A model generated the notes under the pieces. That model was not told the DNA's origin and searched no databases. It saw only the letters and a program-made list of their open reading frames with translations. A DNA stretch of 63,307 nt, counting the filler, from Craspedostauros australis (lineage: Eukaryota): the NCBI GenBank assembly GCA_030167865.1. It is 11 parts of 11 records of this genome, joined end to end, with 100 filler letters (N's around TTAATTAATTAA, not from the genome) between each part and the next. Parts side by side here need not be neighbours in the genome. Positions count along the whole stretch, not along the records: positions 50,953 to 52,926 come from JALAGF010006319.1; positions 53,027 to 54,928 come from JALAGF010006320.1; positions 55,029 to 59,550 come from JALAGF010006321.1; positions 59,651 to 63,307 come from JALAGF010006322.1; 7 more parts are not named here. One strand, given 5' to 3'. Position 1 is the stretch's first letter. Every line of letters starts with the position of its first letter. A program made the translations under genes and the position numbers. Shown piece by piece: positions 50,853 to 63,307 of the stretch.

Positions 50853-51370
50853 NNNNNNNNNNNNNNNNNNNNNNNNNNNNNNNNNNNNNNNNNNNNTTAA
50901 TTAATTAANNNNNNNNNNNNNNNNNNNNNNNNNNNNNNNNNNNNNNNNNNNNATCAACAGGCGAAGCGATATCGTGCCGCCTCCACTGTTTCTGCCTCAC
51001 AGACCACCAACATATCATACCATGCGCATTCTATCCACAGGCATGAGCGCCATCGTCTTGGCTTGCGACTTGCAGAGCATCGATGCTCAACCGAGGTGAT
51101 TGACAGGAACATCCGCCTCACAAATGAAGTTGGGAACACCACAAAGGAGGACATGTGGGTATACGGTGCTCATGGGCCATGGATTGCTGACCATGTGCTT
51201 CTTCTACCATACGGAAACTCTGTGTCAACCATGATCCGCAATACTGCACTCGCACTCTGCATGGGGTTGCTGGTTGGTTCGTTGGTTGATTCGTTGGTTT
51301 CTTCTNTTGCTCGTCAAGCTCTCTGGATGGTTGGACTGGGCTGGCTCGTCGGTTCCTGTCTTTCCGCCAC

Positions 51371-52570
51371 ACTGGCACTGGTCGCTTCGAAGATTGGAAT
51401 GGATGGTGACCCCGGAATTTGTTGCTTCAACAACGAGTGATCGCTCCTCCTGGGACTTGGTGAGGGTCTCGACTGCAGTGTTGGCGTAATGGCGGAAGTG
51501 CAACTCCGGGAAAGATGAGAACAATAGCGTGATACGGGACGGTCGATAGAACCGCGCAGCAACCATGCTCCTCGTGGCTTCTCATCATTTCCCTCTGCCT
51601 TGTTCGCCATGTGCTCTTCGTAGATTGCCTCTTCCAGAATCTTGGATCGGCTGGCACCGGCACTGTCGCTTTGGATCTGCTTGGCAGTGTGACTTGGAGT
51701 AGAATGCTCTGTGTGCGAATCCGGCGGCACGGTGACGACCGCACGGCTTGTGAAAATGGTGCTGCCATGTGTCCATTGTCTGTGCAACGAACCAACAACG
51801 ATGCTCATGGCGGGGCATGGATGGAACCACGGACGTCCAATCTGCTGGTGAATGACATCGGCAACATCCCTGTGCGTATGTACTGTAGAGAGCACACCAG
51901 AGTAGTCGTAGACAAGGAGGAGGTAGCGTGGNNNNNNNNNNNNNNNNNNNNNNNNNNNNNNNNNNNNNNNNNNNNNNNNNNACTGGCACTGGTCGCTTCG
52001 AAGATTGGAATGGATGGTGACCCCGGAATTTGTTGCTTCAACAACGAGTGATCGCTCCTCCTGGGGCTTGGTGAGGGTCTCGACTGCAGTGTTGGCGTAA
52101 TGGCGGAAGTGCAACTCCAGGAAAGATGAGAACGATAGCGTGATACGGGACGGTTGATAGAACCGCGCAGCAACCATGCTCCTCGCGGCTTCTCATCATT
52201 TCCCTCTGCCTTGTTCGCCATGTGCTCTTCGTAGATTGCCTCTTCCAGAAACTTGGATCGGCTGGCACCGGCACTGTCGCTTTGGATCTGCTTGGCAGTG
52301 TGACTTGGAGTAGAGTGCTCTGTGTGCGAATCCGGCGGCATGGTGACGACCGCCCTGTGACGACCGCCCTGTGACGACCGCACGGCTTGTGAAAATGGTG
52401 CTGCCATGTGTCCATTGTCTGCGCAATGAACCAACAACGATGCTCATGGCAGAGTGCGGGTGGAACCACAGACGTCCAATCTGCTTGGGAATGGCATCGG
52501 CAGCATCCCTGTGTGCGTTTGTACTGTCGAGAGCACACCAGAGTAGTCGTAGACAAGGAGGAGGCAGCAT
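51371..52570. repeat. ~610-bp tandem duplication with substitutions, separated by an N gap
   Basis: 51371-51931 matches 51982-52570 with scattered differences; may be two haplotypes. Confidence 0.8.
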
Positions 52571-55500
52571 GGGAGCAGTATCCAGGCCTTCGATCTCTTC
52601 AAACATCTGGTCACTTCATCACAGCATTCTATTGGACACGCAGATATAGTACTGTGCCCTCATCCTCGTCTACAACCTTGTACAGCTCCACCATGGACAT
52701 ACGGCTGTACTCATCATCGATACAATCACTCTCCGTTCTCCCACCGCGGAGGACAAAAATACTTATCATCAGTTGGGGGTTGTAGAATCAGTTTGCTTAA
52801 ATCTAGATGAGTGGACATATCTTTCTCACTTTCAGCTGCCACTCTCATTGCTGTATCGTTCGACACCACGCAGTTGTGTTGATCAGCGAATATCAACGCA
52901 TCTATCGTGGTGTCCTCTGTGAGATGNNNNNNNNNNNNNNNNNNNNNNNNNNNNNNNNNNNNNNNNNNNNTTAATTAATTAANNNNNNNNNNNNNNNNNN
53001 NNNNNNNNNNNNNNNNNNNNNNNNNNAAAGTGCGTCTGAGCAGGTCTTGTTGCTAACACACACCACATCACACGTAACAGGCAAAACAAGCGCACCACGT
53101 TGTAGTGCCGGACAAACATGTCCGTCACAGAATTTGTTCCTTGCTGATGGTCATTATGTGTGGGCATTGATGGTAGCGGAGATACGCGCAATGGAAACAA
53201 TTGTTGTCACAATCACCTGTTGTGACCATGGCAAATGTCTCGTAGTCGTGCATCTGCGAACAAAATTCCAACTTGGCACATCAATGTACAGAAAGACGGT
53301 CATTCTTCGCCGACACCAGTTCGNNNNNNNNNNNNNNNNNNNNTCCGTTACCATCGAGCCGGTGTCAAGTTCATCCACGCGTTGTGGGATACTGGCTGTC
53401 TGCTGCTTCGTGTTTCTTGGATGTGTGTGTGATGTTGGTGTGCCGCGCCTTTCCAACACCCTGCTTGGGGAAGACGATGTCGTTGCAACATCCGACCAAA
53501 GTCGTACCTTCGTCGTATCATGCCATCTCAACAACCAACCTACGTCATCTGACGTCCGATCAATGTTTGACCAATGTCAGACCAATGTTACCGCAATGTA
53601 TGACTTTGCGGTGACAGGTTTTTTCCACGTTTCGAAGNNNNNNNNNNNNNNNNNNNNNNNNNNNNNNNNNNNNNNNNNNNNNNNNNNAAGGCTCAACTTG
53701 CCACCCCCCTCTGCAGTCACTGAGTATGATTCGTTTGCAACTAGACACATAGAATAACCAAAGAAGGCCTCCCCTATCACGTAGTGGAACTTTTGTTGCC
53801 ATTAATATTATAGTTATCTCTACAGAGGGTGTCTAAATTTGCGTGATTAGCCTTACTCCTAGCAAAAATGTCAATAACGGTTGTAACATGTCAGACATAC
53901 ATCATACTGATGTATGATGTTTGTCGGCTGATTGCATACTGACGTCGGATGTTGATCAGCTTGCTGTGCATGCTGGTCCGACCAACGTCGTACGACGTCG
54001 ACTGGACCTCATAGCGACGTGACTGTTTGCCACAACAACGCACATGTGTCTGTCTAGTGCGGAAACATGCCTACATACACAACATCAACGAAGCAACGAT
54101 GTTCATCATCCTCGTGGTAGCAAACGAGTTGTTCTTGCATGACACATGTCCGTTCTGTTCCACACCACAGAAGCACAACAATTAATCATTCACATCTCGC
54201 CATCACCGCAGCGGAGGATTCGCCACACACAAGGTCGAGCAGAAACTGGCATTCTCTTGCGGTTTGACATTCGACGGCAGTCACGGCAAACCAACAGAAG
54301 TAAAAGTGCTTTATCTTTACGACCAGGTAGTTTGCATTGTTTTCTGTCAATAGTCATAGGTCAGCAGAGGTGGGCGATCACGATTTGCGCATGTCATTTG
54401 GGCGCGGAACGGAGGCAGCCCAACAAGAGCGGAACTGCGCACGTGTCTGTGTACTGGGCGCTATCACACCAACACCAGAAATGGGATTCGTGCAACATCT
54501 ATCATCCACGACATCACAAGCAACATCGATTTCCAGACAGATGTATCACCAGGCAACTACATTTGCAGCACGACTGCGAACGACCACGAGCAACACTCCT
54601 CTCTCCAACAATGCTGTACTCTAGACACGATTAATAGTATTCTGGTGAAGCGCAGTCATCTCACGAGACACAGCGATGAACACGACAGCGGGCTGGCTCC
54701 GTCGCAATCACTGTTGTGTGCTTTGCGGTCCTCAGTCACACAAGATGGTCCGTTCGCATGTGTTGTTGCCACCTGTTTACGCAGACAACTCCGCTTCTGC
54801 AGGTGATGGTGCCGTGGCGGTCACAGTGACATTCCCCCAACCACTGATGCAATGGCTGTTGTGTGGTTCACTCAAACATCATACAAGCATTGTGCGGGTA
54901 CGGTTTGACTTGACATTTCCTCTGTGTTNNNNNNNNNNNNNNNNNNNNNNNNNNNNNNNNNNNNNNNNNNNNTTAATTAATTAANNNNNNNNNNNNNNNN
55001 NNNNNNNNNNNNNNNNNNNNNNNNNNNNCACAAGAACAGAAGATCAACCAAGATGCCTCCGCAACACTCGCAATGGATGCATGGCGTCATGAAGCGCTCG
55101 CTGTCCAATACGCCAGAGACATGGAGTTGTGGCGAGCGTACTCCATGGTGGTCTCACATCACAACGGAAGTTGCCAGACTGTTGGTACATCCAAGATGTT
55201 AGAGTACAAGTGCGAGTGCGAGCACATCATGACAAGCAAGGGAAGAGCTGCGCTCGTGTCGCACATAGATGGGCAACCGATTGGAAAAGCACACCACTTT
55301 GCTGTGATGTTCATAAAGTTCCATTTACAAGCAGGCAGGGCGCACTCGGATCACTTTCATGCAAGTATAATATCTGCTTGTTTGTGGAATGATCTACTCC
55401 CACTGACACATATCATACATATCATGCATGTAATTTGCACGGTGCCTACTCGAACCAAGCGATCCCTCCATTTCCATTCGATCAGTGATTGCGCGATCCA

Positions 55501-56816
55501 ACTCGGGTTGTCAGCTGAGCATCCGTGCGCCACGGATCTTTCTCTTTCTGTGTTTGCTGTTTGTCTTCCATTACTTGGAGCCGCCACAACAGATACCTGG
55601 GCGAGGTTACCCATTCGCATCCGTGGAACCCATGTCCCAGATGGCTGTGACTCGCGGTTGCTCAGATGTTTGCTCCAATCCTCCAACTTTCTCCTCCCTG
55701 TTTGTGGCGTCCTCGCGGTTTCGCATAGCAATGAATGGTGCGTCGCGTGGACACGTGCTCTGTTGCGAATTCGACAAGAGGGCGCGGCATCGCCGATAAT
55801 TCCGTCTGTCCGTCCATCACGACACGTTGTTTCGCGGGAAAGAACGCACAACTTTGCTCGATTTGGGCACAGATGTTTGCAAACGACTCAATCGACCACC
55901 ATTTACCTCGGCACAGATGTGCGTTCCATTTCTTGTGCACGGACGTTCGCGAATGATTGATGAAGTCTGTTCATGTCGCAGTGACCCACGTCGACGCGTT
56001 GGCTTCGGGGGAAGATGTTCGTGCTTCGTATGAGAGAGTCGTCGAATAGGGGCGTTCTGGGCCTTTAAATGCCAAACGGGTGCTGTGACCCATCGTTCAA
56101 TCATCAACGAGCTAAGAGCCACACGCAACCCATGAGTATTTAGAGTAGTGTGAACGATGTCGATTTACGTATCAAGAGGAACGCAAGTGACGAACTGCCA
56201 GCAGGCGCGGCTTCTTCTTGGGTAGAACTGCAATGTGGGTGTTGCTGACGCTCCTGGTGCATGTTCATCACAGAATCCATGTCATGTGGTCCCAACGCTG
56301 CTGGTACCGCTGCAGGTGTGGCTCCTACTCGTACTGCCGTGGAGTGTGGAGTAGGCGCACTTCCAAGCAGCGACCTCGATTCGTTGGTCCGAGAAACGCA
56401 GAAACCGCTGTGATGGTGGCGACCAACGCTCATCAATCACACACGGCAAGCAGACAGCAACCGCGAAATCAAATCGTTGCTCTCCGCAGCGCTCGCGCAG
56501 CGTAGCCTCGGTTTCTCGTCTCAGCATTCACCGCAGTCATCGCAGTCACCGATGTACTCTATTCCATTGTACCGTCATAATACACTCTCCATACATACCA
56601 ATGCTCGTACAAACTCTACGAGCACTCTGCGTACGATCAGCAGCCCACCAGACAGACAGACCAATCAGGCAGCCAATTGATCGGTCTCATAAAAATCGTA
56701 TCGATCAGCTCTCAACACAAACACAGCTCATCAAACCAACCCAAAGCACTCCACAACAAAGCAATCCACAACAAAGCAATCCACAGCAAGACAGACAAGA
56801 CAGAACCACACGCAAC

Positions 56817-58127
56817 ATGAGCGCCTTCCTCCATAACCTCGATCTGAACAAGATCAAGACCATCCAGCGCAGCAACCAGCACAAGATTCCATATCTCCCA
56901 TTCCCAATCAAGCTCCACCAGCTCCTCACCGACGTCGAAGAACAAGGTTTCGAGGACATCATTTCTTGGATGCCTGACAACGAGAACGCATTCCGCGTCC
57001 ATGATCGAAAGCGGTTTGTGGAACTCGTCATGCCAAGGTACTTCCGCCAGACGCACATGCGGTCCTTCACCAGACAGCTGAGGAACTACGGTTTCGTGAG
57101 GATGACGCGTGGCAGGGGCAAGAACAGCGCATACCACCATGAGCAATTCTGCCGCAACGACTTCGAGTCCGCAAAGCGCGTCGGCAACCTCAACTCTCGC
57201 CACAATGCCGCCGTCGCATCCGCTGATACATCGCCATCCTCGGCGAAGGCTGCATCGGCGGTGTCGAAGAATGTCCAGAAACTCAAGAAGATGCCCAAGT
57301 TCGCACCTATTAGACAGTCAGCGTGTCCCTTGACGACGCTCAGCGAGAAGACGTACAGCGACATGATCGCATCAGCGGTGCTCTCCAACGCGAAGGTCGG
57401 CAACAGGAGCGTTCAAGCCGACGACGCTCTTCCATCTTCCGTTGTCCCCATCAACTCAATCGTTCAGATCTTCAGCAAGCGGGTGAGCGATGCCTCATCT
57501 TCCAGCGTATCCGTTCTTCCTCCTCCAAGCCAGCAGATCGCATCCGATCCAGAGAACGACGATGCCAGCCAAGCTTGTTCCATGCAAGACTGCACGTCAA
57601 TGAAAGCGCCGCTGGATGTTGATGGCCTGTCAACGTTAGATGCAACCCACATCGCGCGCAAACAGTCCGCGGTGGCATGTGGCCCTGTGAGACCATCTTG
57701 TTACAACAGCGCCACCACGCAAAGAGACGACTTTGAAGGCCAGGGTTACTTCCCAATCCCATGCGCCACCACGGGCAGCAGCATCGACACATTGTTGAGC
57801 CGCCATGAGAGTTTGGCGTTGCCTAATATCTTCCCGTTGGCTGGTACCGAACAGGATATCGAGGCCGGAAAAGAAGAGCGTCGACCAAGCTTGGTGTCAC
57901 TAGAAGGGTGGGATGAAGTTATTGATACTGTGAAGGAGCCCGCCTGGGATGGTGATACCAACGGTAATTCCAATGGCGATGGTGACGATGACATGGATAT
58001 CCAGAAAGGACCATTCTTGCTGGATGATGCCTTGCCGGTGCCAGTAAGCACTTGCTCGTACAGCGACACTCAGGCTGTGCCGATGCACCAGCTTAGCTCG
58101 GTACCTTCCTGCATCGTGGAGTTGTAG
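56817..58127 (+). CDS. Heat shock factor (HSF) family transcription factor
   Basis: HSF DNA-binding domain 'PFPIKLHQLL...IISW...AFRVHD...FVELVMPRYFRQTHMRSFTRQLRNYGF' followed by a disordered C-terminus. Confidence 0.93.
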   Translation: MSAFLHNLDLNKIKTIQRSNQHKIPYLPFPIKLHQLLTDVEEQGFEDIISWMPDNENAFRVHDRKRFVELVMPRYFRQTHMRSFTRQLRNYGFVRMTRGRGKNSAYHHEQFCRNDFESAKRVGNLNSRHNAAVASADTSPSSAKAASAVSKNVQKLKKMPKFAPIRQSACPLTTLSEKTYSDMIASAVLSNAKVGNRSVQADDALPSSVVPINSIVQIFSKRVSDASSSSVSVLPPPSQQIASDPENDDASQACSMQDCTSMKAPLDVDGLSTLDATHIARKQSAVACGPVRPSCYNSATTQRDDFEGQGYFPIPCATTGSSIDTLLSRHESLALPNIFPLAGTEQDIEAGKEERRPSLVSLEGWDEVIDTVKEPAWDGDTNGNSNGDGDDDMDIQKGPFLLDDALPVPVSTCSYSDTQAVPMHQLSSVPSCIVEL

Positions 58128-60291
58128 AATGCTCTTGGACCAATATGTATTTTGTTATACATTATTAATAGTACTCTTAGGATGCATCATTCCAGATCCG
58201 AACTCGCATCTGCTCGTACTTGTGGCCATCAGCAAGAATGCTCTTCTCTCTGGAGGAGTATGGAGACCACGCTTCAATGATATGGTATTCTGCATGGTAT
58301 GATACGAGCTTCAGTACCGCTCTGCTCTAGTCATATGGCATCGGAGAGAGTATCTTCGTATCACCAGATGAATGCCAACATGTGGCTTTAGCGTCATATA
58401 GTAGGTATCCAGTTACCGGCGTGAATCGCAGCCGTTCTTGCCGTGTACTTAGACTGCCAGCCTTCTCAGGCAACTCCGGTTGCGGAAGTAACCAAGTGAG
58501 AGAATACATGTTGATGTGTTGCTGTCTATTGATGCCATCGTCCTATTCTTGGAAGTGGCTGATTGATGATGAAGGGAAGAGCCCTGGTGGCAGATATCAT
58601 AGCTGATCTGAACCGGGCAGCATCGTCTGTCGATTTGGGAANNNNNNNNNNNNNNNNNNNNNNNNNNNNNNNNNNNNNNNNNNNNNNNNNNAAAAAGTTG
58701 GAAGTTGCAGAAACTGGAAGTGACAAAGACTCGAAGATGCTCATGGCATGGACGCGCATGCAGGGATGGGTTGCTGCATTCTAGCACAATTGGGATGGTA
58801 GGGTTGGCGAATCCCACATGGCGAATTGTGAAAAGCAACACAAGGTTTCGGATGCATACATCTCGGACACACTATTGCAGACATTCNCNGAGCGATCCGT
58901 TTGCTGGTGCCGCAACTATTACACGNTGGAGTATGTTGGTCCATGCTAATGGTGAGACGGCTTCTNGTCCTGTGTTGTTGCNGAGTATTCATTTGCTAAT
59001 TTAGCTTTACTTTGCGTACAATTCGTTGTCACGTTGCTGTTACATAAAATCTGGTCCCCCAAAAGTGTCTCCATCGTGGGAGATAGGGGAACAGGGGTGA
59101 TCGATCTGTCCTGTGGCTGTTTGGCTGTCGTGGTAGACGACCTGCCTGATGCACTGCAGATGATGATGAGGCTGATGATGGCGTTCAGCGCAAAGCGCTT
59201 ACTTCTGCACACCCATCTCTTCATCGCTCTCGCCAACGCTGTCGTTCTCAGCCTGGTTCAGCTTGTCCATGGCAGCNNNNNNNNNNNNNNNNNNNNNNNN
59301 NNNNNNNNNNNNNNNNNNNNNNNNNNNNNNNNNNNNNNNNNNNNNNNNNNNNNNNNNNNNNNNNNNNNNNNNNNNNTCGCGACGGACGGAGTAAGACTCG
59401 TTCTGTGTGGCCAAGGCCTTCTGGAGCTCGAGGTACTCGCGTGGGACGGCGGTGGAACCGGCCTCACCGACAAGCACGTTGGTTCCCAAGTGCATGTTGC
59501 GGTTGCTCTGGTGGTCTGGCTTCATGCCGGCTGCGCGCTCCTCTGGGGTANNNNNNNNNNNNNNNNNNNNNNNNNNNNNNNNNNNNNNNNNNNNTTAATT
59601 AATTAANNNNNNNNNNNNNNNNNNNNNNNNNNNNNNNNNNNNNNNNNNNNCAGTGAGGACAAGCCATGTATTAGTGTTGTAAGAGCTATCTAAATATATC
59701 TAACCCTACTGGACAACATTGACAGGATTATGCTTGACCTCGCTGAATGGGGTCGTATGTTGACACATTCACAGCTTCAGTGTCGCACATCTCTTGCTGC
59801 TTCACACATTCACAAATACATGTGTCTTGCCTAAGTGCAGTTTTCAACTGCCATNNNNNNNNNNNNNNNNNNNNNNNNNNNNNNNNNNNNNNNNNNNNNN
59901 NNNNNNNNNNNNNNNNNNNNNNNNNNNNNNNNNNNNNNNNNNNNNNNNNNNNNNNNNGTCTTCCTTTCTCCATTGGCTGTGCTGCTGGTGTCCACTCCTT
60001 CATTCATTGAACGCTCCACGTACCTATCCCAACCATCGCAGCATTCAGGGACACCCGGCAAGTCCATTGAAACGTGTGTCGTTTGACTCATTTGACCAGA
60101 GAGATGTATCGAGACTGTTTAATCGAATTAGTCTTGCCTCCACAATCTGTGTCGTTGCATTCGCTGAAAATGACCAATACATGTCTTGTCGTTAAGTATC
60201 ATATTTAACGAGATCGTCTATTAGTGTCCAATGACCGCCGTTGTGACTGTAGTTGTTTTAGTCACGAATCAATCTGATGCACAACTGAAAG

Positions 60292-60470
60292 TGCATTTAA
60301 TGCACTCCAAATGCATTTAATGCACTTCAATTGCATTTAATGCACTTCATTTGCATTTAATGCACTTCAAATGCATTTAATGCACTCCATTTGCATTTAA
60401 TGCACTTCAATTGCATTTTTTGAACTCCAAGTGCATTTAATGCACTTCAAATGCATTTTTTGCACACCAA
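60292..60470. repeat. 20-bp minisatellite (TGCATTTAATGCACTTCAAA) x9
   Basis: Directly visible; near-palindromic core. Confidence 0.95.
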
Positions 60471-62315
60471 GAGCATTTTTTGGTGGAAGCGCACAGGTGG
60501 CGGGACTCGCTTGAGCTGTTTGTGTGTGGGTTGGCGATTGGTGTGCAGGCCCCAAGGACAGGATTGTTCGCGAAAAGATGGTGCGAAGTTCAAGAGCCGC
60601 GCTCGCTGCCGAGCGTTTGAACTGCCGAATCAAGAACTTGAAGACCACGAGCGACACTGTCCACCAATGCCATGTGCACCCACCCATTCGAACCTCTGTG
60701 TGTGATTCTCCAACACCAAATGGACAACGGACTCGAGTTGTTTGCTGTGTGGACCCAGCGTGAGCACAAGACCCATTCAGGATACGATTGTAACTTCGTT
60801 ATGATACAATATTTTAGCACTGAATTCATCCTGTTATGCTTTATTGGGTGTGCATGAAGTTATAGACTCCTCAGCCTTATAGTTACAAAGTTATATTTTT
60901 CGCATTAGCCTTTGCCTATTAGCGTCAAGCGTGCGGACGGTGCACGGCAAATGGGGTTCGGAATCGTCAGTCGTGTTTCGACATGCTGTCCAGTCGTGTC
61001 TATCATCGACACACTCACATTTCACGTGGGTGAGGCGGTTACTTGTGACGAAAGGTTGAGGATTGCGTGGTGGCGGTGGGCATGCCGAGGCTGCTGCTTC
61101 GTCTGGGCTTTGGATAAATGAAACCCATGTGGAGAAGAATACATATGGTGGTGAGCGGGTTGCAGGCTCCATGCTACCCACAGGGGGTACACCCAAATTC
61201 AACCTTTGCTCTCTCCCTTAGCTTGACCTGCATCATGCCTTGTGCTCGGCCTGCCGCTGTTCATGATTCAGGACATTCAGCTTCGTCCACATCTCAATCA
61301 GCACATGCTGCCTTCCCTTCATATGCCTACTCTATAGTACAGCCTCGTCCTTGCTTCGGGTCTATTCTCTGCCTGTGTGTTTGGACCTCCTCTCTGCTTG
61401 TCGTCGCCAATGGCCATCATTGGCTTCGAACCGTTGCTCATCTGCTCCACCTCTTTACTTCTTGTTTCAGTGGTATTGAATCCACGAGCACTTGAATCAT
61501 GATGCAAGAAACAACAAGGATAACAACACTACTGTCACCAGTCTCTTTCTGCACCATGTCAACAGCTCAGCAGATGATCATGGTGTCCCATGTCCAAGGG
61601 GAACAAAGCAGGTTGTGCAAGACTTTGTAGAACATTCACAAACTAAGCCAAGTATTATTTAGTATTGTATGTTGTTGTGCATAACAAAGGATAAGTCACT
61701 GCCCTCCATTACATTACATAATATTATGTTGTGTAGCATTCACACGTGTGGCTGGTGTGGCCGACATGTAGGGATGACACCACCAATGCTTTGCTGCTTG
61801 ACACAACACCGGCAGGAGGAAACACCCAAAGGAGCCAAATCACCAACAGCGTGAGCAACCGACATGGCACTGGACCTGTCACAACATCACCGTCCACACC
61901 ATTGAATACAATTTCGGTCTGTCATCGACCGTCAATGACGTCATGTGTTGTTTTCTCGTTGAGGACAAGCCAGCCAGTATTTGTGTCGTAGAAGCTAGCT
62001 AAATATGTCTAACCCTAGTTGACAACACGGTGCATCGCCATCTAAGAAAGAAGTGTTTTCCTATTATTCACCTTCAGGAAAACATGATGGTACCCAGCAA
62101 GGGGCTTACAGAAAACATGATGGTACCCGGCATGGGGCTTACGATCACCACTGAATTGGCAGCAGGAGAATTGTTCTTGCTCACCATGACCATCTTCCGT
62201 TCGCAAACAGTACATCTGGCTCATGCAACCACCAGTTTTGCGCCCAGCGGTTGGATGTGGCGAGTTAACGCCAGGAGGATCCATTCACGAATTGTGGACA
62301 GCAAAACCGATGAAG

Positions 62316-62488
62316 TGCATTAAATGCACTTCAAATGCATTTTTTGCACTCCAAATGCATTTAATGCACTTCANNTGCATTTAATGCACTTCATTTGCAT
62401 TTAATGCACTCCAATTGCATTTAATGCACTTCAAATGCATTTAATGCACTTCAAATGCATTTTTTGAACCCCAAATGCATTAAATGCA
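62316..62488. repeat. Second 20-bp minisatellite array x9
   Basis: Same unit and orientation as 60292-60470. Confidence 0.95.
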
Positions 62489-63029
62489 AAAGGAAGCAGG
62501 TTCGACGGGACTCGATGACACTTCAACCAAACGGAAGCAATGACTAAATTTGTCCGAGTAGCACCGGTTGATAAAGTAGTAATATCAATGAATCAAACGA
62601 AGACGTCGCTGCGACATTTTCTATGTCAACATCTCACAAACAACGAAGAAACACAACAAATGACAAAAAGCACTTTTGAGTCGTACTAGTCGTAAACCGA
62701 AGTATTTGATGCACTTGCCGGGTGTCCCAGCGCATTCATTTGCTTGCCTATTATCTCATTGTTAATGCTTTGATGATACAAATGGCCATTGTAGCTTCCC
62801 ACTCACACCTTCTTTGCTTCTGGGTATCGTTGATGTATTCCACATCTTCCTTTGCTTTCTTTTTAAGAGCCATCACTTCGTATGTCAGGTTACAATTGTC
62901 ATCCATAGTCCCTGTTTCGCGAGAGTGCTCTTCCGTTGCCTCAACTTCAGCCTCTGCCATTCCATTGCTCCCTACGTCCTCCAAGATCTCTTCTGACCTT
63001 CCAACAAAGGCAGATCCTACCAGAAATGG

Positions 63030-63307
63030 TTCTACAATTCTGACTTGGAAGCCAGATACTCCATTGCAATGGCAGTGACATTGATGTAGTCAAACTTACA
63101 ACAGAGAATATATGATGGTCATGGTGGCGCCGTGTCTCACGGATCGACGGGCAACGCTTCAATGCCAGGCTATAGCAGTTATGCCAATCGATCGAACGAT
63201 GGCCTGGTAAGCCCAATGAAGTTGTAGAACTCCATGGAGTCACCATACTCTCAAATCAAAGACCTGAAAGATAATGCTTGATGATGGAAGATGCTTGAGC
63301 TGAGGTA
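63030..63307 (-). pseudogene. Possible PIF/Harbinger transposase N-terminal remnant
   Basis: Reading through stops gives 'YGDSMEFYNFIGLTRPSFDRL...VTAIAMEYLAS', resembling the HTH region of Harbinger DDE transposases. Confidence 0.35.

Noticed and set aside
53027..56500. ORFs of 236, 162 and 295 aa
   Set aside because: No recognisable motifs; composition resembles decayed repeats. Cannot support a call.
58300..59550. Fragmentary ORFs on both strands
   Set aside because: Gapped, with ambiguous bases and no identifiable domain.

Overview
Eukaryotic, almost certainly diatom-like (stramenopile), draft assembly that is dominated by repeats. It is not one contiguous locus. Ten N-gaps containing the artificial six-frame-stop linker TTAATTAATTAA join 11 separate scaffolds, and short exact duplications beside internal gaps are assembly artefacts. 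Host genes: two tandem MATH-BTB paralogues, a heat-shock-factor (HSF) family transcription factor, and a protein with a Cys/His domain typical of diatoms. Mobile DNA: several Ty1/copia (CoDi-type) fragments and LTRs, two decayed RNase-H-bearing non-LTR (Ambal-like) elements, a Tc1/mariner transposase pseudogene, a YqaJ-like nuclease pseudogene, a possible Harbinger fragment, and MITE-like elements. The most unusual region is 20.2-35.7 kb, all on one scaffold. It holds a 554-aa tyrosine recombinase ORF with no reverse transcriptase nearby. The ORF abuts a modular repeat array joined at TGTTRAC cores and lies near a ~230-bp direct repeat that begins with (TTAGGG)n plus a hairpin, and near 170-bp and ~181-bp satellites. 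This is a candidate undescribed tyrosine-recombinase DNA element. Two Copia lineages also carry unexplained extra domains. All calls are from motif recognition by eye; no database searches were run.
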